Source: Hormiphora californensis
Taxonomy: Eukaryota; Animalia; Ctenophora
Direction of reading: 5' to 3'
Assembly (NCBI GenBank): GCA_020137815.1
Contig: CM035358.1
Location: 7,192,001-7,256,000, forward strand
Length of the DNA stretch: 64,000 bases
This document shows positions 54,801 to 64,000 of the stretch, in pieces. Both the position numbers and the translations under genes were made by a program. The notes beneath the pieces are model-generated. The model saw only the letters and a program-made list of their open reading frames with translations. It did no database searches and was not told the DNA's origin. The stretch's first letter is position 1, and every line of letters starts with the position of its first letter.

Positions 54801-57800
54801 ATTGGAGGGGATTGAATGGAATTGGAGGGAATTGGAGGGGATTGGAGGGAATTGAAGGGGATTGGAGGGGATTGGAGGGGATTGGAGGGAATTGGAGGGG
54901 ATTGGAGGGAATTGGAGGGGATTGGAGGGAATTGAAGGGGATTGGAGGGAATTGGAGGGAATTGGATTGGAGGGGATTGGAAGGGATTGGAGGAGATTGG
55001 AGGGGAGTGGAGGAAATTGGAGGGAATTGAAGGGGAGTGGAGGGGAGTGGTGGGAATTGGAGGGGATTGGAGGGAATTGGAGGGGATAGGAGGGGATTGG
55101 AGGGGATTGGATTGGAGGGGATTGGAAGGGATTGGAGGGGATTAGAGGGGATTGGATTGGAGGGGATTGGAGGGGATTGGAGGGGATTGGAGTATTGGAG
55201 GGGATTGGAGGGGATTGGAGGGAATTGGAGGGAATTGGAAGGGATTGGAGGGGATTGGAGGGGATTGGAGGGGATTGGAGGGAATTGGATTGGAGTATTG
55301 GAAGGGATTGGAAGGGATTGGAGGGGATTGGAGGGGATTGGAGGGGATTGGAGGGGATTGTAGGGAATTGGAAGGGATTGGAAGGGATTGGAGGGGATTG
55401 GAGGGGATTGGAGGGGATTGGAGGGGATTGGAGGGGATTGGAGGGAATAGGAGGGAATTGGAGGGGATTGGAGGGGGTTGGAGGGGATTGGAGGGCATTG
55501 GATAGTTGGCTAGCTGTATTAGCTAGATTGTTATTGGCTGAACCCCCCCCCCCCCCCCCGTTTTCGGTGCAGGAAAACGTTAAAATCTGATGTAGACTTT
55601 GGTTGGAATGCGCTACAAAGTTAAAGGGGCCTGCAGCGTATGCCAAAGAGTTTAGAGACACGTGAAAGAGCTGGGCCCCAACTCTTTCACGTGTCTCTAA
55701 ACTCTTTGGCATACGCTGCAGGCCCCTTAACTCAGTTGGGCATTATCTTTCAACTGACCTGTCATTCTTCTTTGAGTAAGCCACGTGAAGGGGTGTCCTG
55801 TTATCATAGTCAGTTGAGTTCGGATCAGCTCCGCACTCCAACCAAATCTGTAGCCTCTCTAAATCATCATGGGCTACCATGTAACAAAGCATGGAGGAAA
55901 TCTTGCTCTTTTTCATCCTTATCCTGCCACCTGGTGATAGGGTCGTGTGAGAGAGTTTTATAGCTTAGTTCCTTCCTTATTGAGAAATATATGTTTCTAC
56001 CAAATAAAACATTGAACCTATAGATGTCCTAACATATCAATTAGTATATCATGTACCTACCCTCTTTAAAGATGGATTTGGCGAGTTTAAAGTGGCTATG
56101 AAGTAGAGCTGAACTGAGAGCGTTATTGTTCCAGTTGTCCATTTTGTGTATATCTGCCTGGTATTTTAGCAGTAGAGTCACAATATTGGTCTTGTTCTCA
56201 GCACACGCAATGTGAAGTGCACATCGGCCATCGTAGTCACTGGGAGGGGAAGGGAGGGAGTTGTTGGGTTGTGACACCAAGAAGAGCTGGTTGGGAAAAT
56301 CAGATCAATGATCATGATTCATAAAGGTTGTTCAAAGTGAACATTCCTAATTGTCTCCCTTTAAGATGCACTACATGATGACTTGAAGTGGTTTGTCATG
56401 TTTGAACAAGTATACCTAGCATTAGGATCAGCTCCAAGATCAAGAAGATCTTTCAGAAGGGCCTCATAGTCATTCTTAGCGTAAGCACATAGCAGAATCG
56501 GCAAGATACTACTCTCAATATTCCTGCAGGTGGGGAAATGGATCATGAGAAATTAGAATCAAAATCAATATCAGATTCTAAAGTCTAAATCCCCTGAATT
56601 TTAAATTGCTATCAAGTGTCAAATGTATCCTGTACCTGTAAGCGGATGGGTTAACTCGACCGTGGTCACTGATCCTCAGATCCATAATAATCTTTTGGGA
56701 CAGGATGAACCTTCGGACGTGGTCTTCTGGAGTCGTCACAGCCATCAGCTCTACCTGCAGGGGTGTTGGTAATTGAGTGATTTCAACCTCAGGTTCATGT
56801 CCCCACTGTTCCCCTCCCCTCTGTGGGCTCTATCTACACACCTGTATAACACCTCTTGCTAAGAGATCTAGTGGTACACACCTGTAATATATCTACCTAT
56901 CTACAAACCTGTATAATAACACCTCTTGCTAAGAGATCTACGCACCTGTAATATACGGGGGAAGGATCCTCCTGTGATGTAGAGCATGATAACTATTAGA
57001 TAAGCAGCGATGGGTGCAGATGTAGATAGGTCAAACACCTCAAACATTGAGTTTAGTACCATCGCAAGAGTTGTAGTCAGGAAACACGCCATACAACCAA
57101 CCAACACTGAAATTATGTGGCGGAATGTGGTGTGAGTCAGGAAATATAGGGTCGGGGGAAATGTCGGGGAACTGATCCCTCACATGGTGATTTGTGTCAG
57201 ATAACAAGTTCCCTTTGGATAGCTAGCTCGGTATAATTATAATAGAGCTCTATAACTCACCAGAGTGGACGGAGAGAACAAAGTAGAGTCCTCCGATACT
57301 CATCATAGTAATTGCAGAAGGGAATATCAGCATTTTATCTCCGATATCCTCCCACAGGGGACTGAGGAGGATGGAACTAGCTGCTCCCATGGCAACGCCC
57401 AACCAGGACATAAGGAAGAGGATTGGAGAGGACACCAGGAGACCAATAGCAATGGGGATCGCTGCTTCCCACTTTTCAGAGAACACTAGCCCACTGAATC
57501 CCTTGTAGAATAGGATTCCAAACTGTGTAGCATTCACCTGGAAGGAGGGGGATAGAGGAGAGATTAGGTACTTGGGGACTAGGAGAGAGGAGATTGGGTC
57601 AAAACATCACTATTGGAGAGATGAGAAATATTAGTGTTTATCAAATTACTTGGACTACTAGGTAATTAATTATAAACCAACTAATTAAGTAATAACCTGA
57701 CAGTCATGATCCCCCATACAGTTCACAAAGAATTTCATATTGTCCTGATCAACATCCAGTGAAGATGCCTCGAACTCTTTATTGAACATGTATGTAGACT

Positions 57801-59153
57801 GGGTCTTCAGGGTGTAGAAAGCAAACCCGACCAGAGCTGGAGCAAGAAAGAGAGGAGTGGTCCGAAGGCTGAAGGAGGAGGTTGGAAGTAAGGTTGTTAA
57901 AGTTATCAAGGTTAAGAACATAAAAAAATTAAAAGTTTCTCAACTCACGTTCTGACGAGGAATGTGCCTATAGCTTGAAACACAATCAGAGTTAGGAAAG
58001 TGACGGGAACTAGAACTGCAAGCTGAATTAGCTGACTCTTCATGTCTGTTGAGTCGTTAGAAACATACACTAACATTCCCAGTAACACTCCTGAATAGAA
58101 TTTAGTTAAAACTGGAACAATATCAGTTACCATGGTTACCATGCCTAGTTACTATGTGGTTACCTAGTTACCAACTATTTTACCTTGCGATGGGTAGAGG
58201 CCGTTGTTTATTTGTTCATCAGGCACCCCCAGATAGAAAGCCCAGAGACCAACCCCAATAACACACCATGAGACGTAAAGCACTAGGTATTCACTGGAGA
58301 GAGAAGATGAAGTCAGTAGGACACGAGATGATTATCCTCGTCCACACAGTGGCTGTACAGTTGAAAAGTATAAACACACAAATGATATCTAATCTAATAT
58401 CTAATCAGGCGCGTTGTAAAACACATTTACCTTTCTAAGCAGAGTGAGATGAAGACACAGAGTCCAAGGAATGGGTTACTGATCCCCAGCCACATCCCTA
58501 GCGACCTCAGGAAGGCAAATATAACTGAGAAAAGAGAACTGCAGTTAGTTATTTGAAAACTCGGAATTGAGACATGGTATAGTTTCTTCTCCATTGGAAC
58601 CCCTCAACTGATATGATTTCTCTGACGAGGGGAACCCCTCACTGAAAACAACTCGAACCCTCCATTTACCATTCAGGAAGGTGTAACCCCGGATGAGCTG
58701 ATGAAAGTCTGGCATTGTTCCAGAGAGATATCTCCATGTTGGTTTAGATACCCTTTTAAAGCGGTTCAGGTATGAGGGGTTCCATGGGGATATCTCAGAG
58801 AAATCGAGGTAGAGTTCTCGATCTGTATTCTGGAATGCCTCCCTGTAACGAGGTGCGGTATTAATTAATTATAATTATAATTTCAAATACCAAGCAAGTT
58901 AGGTTATATCCCAAACATGTATAGTGCTGGATCAAACAGTGAAATTATAATGCTCCCTATAATTGCAAGTGTGAAATCCCGTGAAACACTGATGTAACGC
59001 TGATGGGGAACACAAGCTGGGAGAAATCCCGTGAAACATAATAAGCTGGGAAAATCCCGGGGGGAAATATTTGCGACACACTACTCACTCCACGTAAAGC
59101 GACTCGGAAGGTGCCTTAGCAGGCATTAACGCAGCAGGAGCAGGTCGAGTCAT
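51873..59153 (-). CDS. Urea-transporter (SLC14/UT)-like membrane protein fused to ~10 ankyrin repeats, ~879 aa, 17 exons
   Basis: Exons 59089-59153, 58670-58842, 58431-58524, 58184-58293, 57949-58090, 57697-57868, 57261-57537, 56946-57106, 56636-56754, 56416-56523, 56061-56239, 55759-55930, 54348-54472, 53819-54167, 53567-53739, 52253-52366 and 51873-51979 total 2640 nt; all GT-AG, phases match, no internal stop. UT-like landmarks: YLSGTMPDF, FLRSLG…SNPFLG, QINNGLY, IGLLVSSP, VTTPEDH, with ~10 hydrophobic segments. Ankyrin motifs: GADPNASDYDGRCALH, GADPNSTDYDNRTPLH, CDYDLRSPLH, DRFGNSPL, GDYDGRTCL. Confidence 0.85.
52378..52532. repeat. 30-bp intronic tandem repeat (5 copies) containing TGACGTCA
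   Basis: TGACGTCACAWTGTGTGGCACATGGCTGTA x5, immediately upstream of a 3' splice site on the minus strand. Confidence 0.9.
52930..53458. repeat. 73-bp intronic tandem repeat (~7 copies)
   Basis: CTTATCAATATTGACACRTTCTAGATMCAGGTATCTTTTGTTAAGGGGTTCCCCCTTACTCAACAAGGTATAT. Contains the dispersed motif CCCTTACTCAACAAG, also seen at ~22108 and ~50600. Confidence 0.9.
54474..55500. repeat. 10-bp minisatellite (GGAGGGGATT/GGAGGGAATT)n in an intron
   Basis: ~1 kb of degenerate decamers abutting the acceptor at 54473. Confidence 0.95.
55625..55726. mobile_element. Tiny TTAA-flanked hairpin element
   Basis: 45-bp perfect arms GGGGCCTGCAGCGTATGCCAAAGAGTTTAGAGACACGTGAAAGAG with an 11-nt loop; TTAA at 55621-55624 and 55727-55730. 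Confidence 0.7.
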
Positions 59154-59510
59154 GTTAGGGGAAAGAGAAAATATTCAATATTGGAAGATGAAGTGAGAAG
59201 AAGTGAGGGTGTGTTATATGTTCAGTGGAAGAAGAGAAATGTTTGTTTTGCATATAATCAGGGGTGAACCAGGCACTAGCCAGGGTGGGGGATGAATAAA
59301 CACTGAAGGGACAGGGTGGTATCAATACCATGGCATGGGTGGGATATTTTTATTTCAAGTCTCCTGGCCCTGCATGTTCAATGTTAATTGGATCATTAAT
59401 TTTTTCAGGATATGCCTCCATTGTTTGAGGGGCCCGCAGCGTTGACAATTGACATGTTCATAGTCTGTCAGCTCTCACACTGGGCCAAAGGCCCAGTATG
59501 AGCTTATGCG

Positions 59511-60534
59511 AGTCACCCCCTCCCTGCCGACGGACCTCCCTGCCGACGGGTCGGCAGGGAGGTCATTCGGCAGGGAGGGCGGGATATGGGGGTATAATGT
59601 CCTACGTGCCGACGAAATTGGGATGAGATCGCCGTCGGCACGTAGGACATTATACCCCTATTTTCTGCCCTCCCTGCCGACGGACCTCCCTACCGATCGG
59701 CAGGGAGGGCCGTCGGCAGGGAGGACATTTTACCCCTCCTTTTACCCTCTGTACCGACGATCGGCAGGGAGGACATTTTACCCCTCCTTTTACCCTCTGT
59801 ACCGACGATCGGCAGGGAGGACATTTTACCCCTCCTTTTACCCTCTGTACCGACGATCGGCAAGTAGGGCCGTCGGAAGGGAGGACATTTACCCCTCCTT
59901 TTCAGCCTCACTACCGACGATCGGCAGGGAGGACATTTACCCCTCCTTTTCACCCTCTGTGCCGACGAAACCACAACCCAAACTTAGCCCAAACCATCGC
60001 CCTAACCATCACCCTAACCACCGCCCTAACCACCACCCTAACCCTAACCCTAACCACCGCCCTAACCCTAACCCTAACCCTAACCCTAACCCTAACCCTA
60101 ACCCTAACCCTAACCCTAACCCCAACCCTAACCCTAACCCTAACCCTAACGATACTCAGAGGAACAATACACAGTGAACTCTTCGTATTTGGCCTGCCGG
60201 CCAAATTCTCGAGCTCACAGAAGGAGTGAAACGCCCTCCCTACCGATCGTCGGTACAGAGGGTAAAAGGAGGGGTGAAATATCCTCCCTGCCGATCGTCG
60301 GTACAGAGGGTGAATAGGAGGGGTAAATGTCCTCCCTGCCGAATACTCTCTTGGAGTGAGTTTTCGGCAGGGAGGGCGGAATATAGGGGTCAAATGTCCT
60401 ACGTGCCGACGGCGATCTCATCCCAATCTCGTCGGCACGTAGGACATTATACCCCTATATCCCGCCCTCCCTGCCGAATGACCTCCCTGCCGACGAGTCG
60501 GCAGGGAGGTCCGTCGGCAGGGAGGGCGGGTACC
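59511..60534. mobile_element. Fold-back element with internal repeats and an interstitial telomeric array
   Basis: ~150-bp inverted arms built from CCCTGCCGACG/CGTCGGCAGGG. Internal ~50-bp repeats occur in opposite orientations either side of (CCCTAA)n. Flanking near-direct repeat GCTTAYGCG at 59502-59510 and 60535-60543. Confidence 0.75.
59995..60150. repeat. Interstitial telomeric-type repeat (CCCTAA)n
   Basis: Degenerate CCCTAACCAYCR units grading into ~15 almost pure CCCTAA units. Confidence 0.95.
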
Positions 60535-63500
60535 GCTTACGCGAGCCCGATCGCCGAATGGACAGACTGTGTAGCATTGAAACAGCATATGTTAACTGAC
60601 AACAAGTATAGTGGGGTCTGCAGCGCATGCCAACTGAACTCTGAAACCACTTTAGAGCTGGGTCCGCAGCGTTTGCCACTTTGAAACCACTAGTTCACCT
60701 GTGTAAATGATGCACGCCAAAGTTATGTGGGTAGACCTGCATGGATCTCAAATCAACGATAGAACAACGGAGACTATTCCGAATAGTATTCGATGAAACA
60801 GAAACTTTAACTATTCGATCGGATGATGCAACGTAGAAAACTGGTCGAATAATCTGGAACAAGATAGAAGGATGCGTGACAAAAAATGGTCAAACGGAAA
60901 AAGAGTGAGCAAGATACTCGTGTAGTACGTGGTCGAGGCTGTGTATTAACACAGCCATCATGGAACATGCTTATGAAGTCCTGTGGAAGACGGGCCAGGC
61001 TGTGCAGGTCATCTCTACAGAGCCTGTACAAATTTACATGCAATATCCATGAGTGGAAGTGGTAGTAGAAGTCAATCATTCTGAATAAAGAGATCTGAGC
61101 AAGAATTAAATCAGAAGTCATGTCAATCAGTTGAACATTTAAGTGGTATTTCATGCAGATTGGGCCCTCTTATTGTGCATCGCTGGAATTCACAATGTTT
61201 CTCACAGCACAAAACTATGTGAAATTCAATTTCCGAACTGCAGCTGTCTACAAACAGCAGCTGCTTCAAGCAGTGCTTGGAATGTCAAACAGATGTTTAG
61301 AAAGAGCTATCAATAGTGACTGTCACTATCGTATGTGTGAAACGGCCGAACATCAAGTGTATTATTATTGGTACAGCGAATACAATTTTGCTGTATTTTA
61401 TACAATTACCAGTTCGGCAGAGGTGATTATTTTGGGTAGTTCACAGACAATTAGAGGTCCGCGGGGATAAACTTACTTTTCAGTAAAATCCAGGGCGCTC
61501 ATCAAGTATTAATTGCCTTCAGATTATCGCTGAAAACTATAGATGAGTTAAAATAAAATTAGTTAAACTTCAAAAGAACTAAAAACAAAACAATAAACGT
61601 TCTTTCCAAGTCTAAACTACATTGGCAAGCACAGCATTTTGTCTGCATTCAGACCTCCGGAATATGTTTCAACGTGTTGGTGGCCGTGTGATATAATGGA
61701 TATTGTCTGACAACATTCTATAGAGTATACAGTGTATCTAGTAGGTTTACCTATATCATATGCTCCCTGTATATTCAAGTACTATAAAAACCATGTCCCA
61801 AATACAAGAAGCCCAATTCGTAAGCAGTCTAACAAGCAGTTGGCGCAATCAAGCAAAAGTACACGTGGCCATCAGAGACTGTATGCATTTGATAATTAAT
61901 TAATTCCACGAATATAGCGGAGTCTGCAGTACATTCTCAGAGTATTAATGGATTAACTCACATGGGAATTAACACAGTTGCACAAGGAGTACACATGGCT
62001 TAGAAGCAAATACAACGTGCACGTATAACAACTGTACACATGGTGGTGACAGGAAAAGATCTCAAGTTAATTACTGGCAATTACCGGGCAATCACCAGGC
62101 CCCACACAACTAATAGCAAGGAGGAAGATGTTCTTAATTGGCCCTTATTACTTAATACTCATAACATGGGGCATTTTGGCCAAAGAACTTCCAAAGAAAC
62201 ATGGCATATTATTATATTAACATTGGCATATTTTCCCTCTATCATTGGAATGCTAAGGGGTCGCTAGAGAAGGAAGACAATTTACAGACATAAAATATCC
62301 CATAATTATTCACAAACATTACTTTTCCTTAGCAGTGGAAGGCGTATTGATTTGCAGAAGTTCCACTGGAACTTCTGCAAATCAATACGCCGACCAAGAG
62401 CTCCAAAGAGCTCTAACTTTACCTATTCATACCTTAGACGGGTTAGAAACACCGTGTGCTTCACACACAGCAATAACAAATACACAGTAACACACACAGT
62501 ATCACATAGGTCGGAAGTGTGTTGGTAGTACACTCGCCAAATCAGTTCTGTATCCGTGTCTAGCACACTGATACACACTGACACAGAGTTGCCTTTACAG
62601 ACACTGAATCAACCAATAAATCAGACAGCAGTAGTAGTAGTACAATATGCTATAAAATTACACTATGGGAAACTCCATTTCCCTAAATTAATTTCTGAAT
62701 TAGTTCCATCTGGGGGTCGTGCCAGGTGTCACCAATTCCATCATCAGTTCATTATCATGAGAATCTAGGCAGCTATATCGATAGGAACTATAATACCGCA
62801 CACAGTTTAGTTGTATCATTTATTACTACATATTTAATTATATAATAATATGCTACAGGGTCTAGTGGCAGAATATGCAAAAATATGTCTCTGGATAAAT
62901 GCCATCACTAGTTTGTCGGGGAGAGGAGGCCGGGTTTGTCGGGGAGGGGAGACCGGGTGGGCTGAATAACTTCCCATGAAATGGCCGGGGAGTGGTGAGT
63001 TGGTGAATAAGATGTGAAGCTGATGTGACTGTGAAGCAGACATGAAGTGAAAATGTTTATTTTAGAACCAGGGAGGCCAGGGAGAGATAGAAAGGAGAAT
63101 GGGCTAGGGAGAGATAGAGAGTGGAGAATGGGAGGCCAGGGAGAGATAGAGAGGAGAATGGGCCAGGAGGGAAGGACTATGGATGTATGGATCGTACAAA
63201 GTAAACAGGCCCATACACAAACACTGTGAACCAGAGGAAAAGAAAGAGGGGCTGGAGAGCCGGAGAGTGGGATAATATCTAAATCAGATATTATTATAGG
63301 ACATGAGTGAGTTCGACTGGGTAACTAGGGCCCATGTTCGACAGGATGGGCCCCTGATATATTACTGCAACATGCAATCAAAGAAACCATGGCCCTTCGA
63401 GAGACCCTGTGACACAGGGTCTGTGTACTATTGCCATTGAGATCAAGAGCACATATCAAATGGAATGATATTGGAGCAGCGACACATTGCGAACGTTTCA

Positions 63501-63659
63501 ATCTCATGATTGGAACGATTTTGGGGAAAAGAAAGGAAGGAGGTTACTGTCTGTTCGTTGCAGTTTTGTGAATGACGAATGTTATTGGAGCAATCCTGTG
63601 TGATCTTGGAAGGGTCGAGCTGAAACATATTTGACACACAATTACGAGTTTGACACAAA

Positions 63660-64000
<341 letters not shown>

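Noticed and set aside
54372-55712. 446-aa Pro/Ser-rich ORF and the Gly/Trp-rich opposite-strand ORFs
   Set aside because: Translation of a 10-bp minisatellite inside an intron of the UT-ankyrin gene.
59995-60150. True chromosome end
   Set aside because: Short array embedded inside an inverted-repeat element, with ordinary sequence on both sides.
60741-61470. Possible gene or pseudogene (ORFs 60807..61154 and 61153..61470)
   Set aside because: No recognisable motif or consistent splice structure; cannot be supported without a homology search.

Overview
Eukaryotic, animal-type genomic DNA: GT-AG introns, a glypican, TTAGGG-type repeats and many MITEs and microsatellites. The compact intron style is reminiscent of a ctenophore or other non-model invertebrate, but the taxon cannot be assigned from sequence alone. 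No prokaryotic features were seen. By hand-splicing with intron-phase checks I reconstructed five minus-strand genes. (1) A 17-exon, ~879-aa protein fusing a highly divergent urea-transporter (SLC14/UT)-like membrane domain to two tandem 5-repeat ankyrin modules (51873-59153). (2) An 11-exon, ~478-aa glypican with all 14 core cysteines (28026-31618). (3) A divergent group-A-like bHLH gene split over small exons and largely missed by the ORF track (18235-20273, 5' end not found). (4,5) Two uncharacterised basic/coiled-coil genes in tandem (1852-14346 and 252-1330). A recurrent pattern is local tandem duplication of exon/intron junctions. The extreme case is a ~3.76 kb array of ~89 x 42 bp that copies an exon end plus a 5' splice site in frame. 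Mobile DNA includes nested fold-back MITEs (hAT-like, TTAA/Kolobok-like, TA/pogo-like), a fold-back element carrying (CCCTAA)n, a poly(A)/TSD-bounded retroposon and a CR1-like LINE 3' end. Several homopolymer-rich stretches look like unpolished sequencing error.
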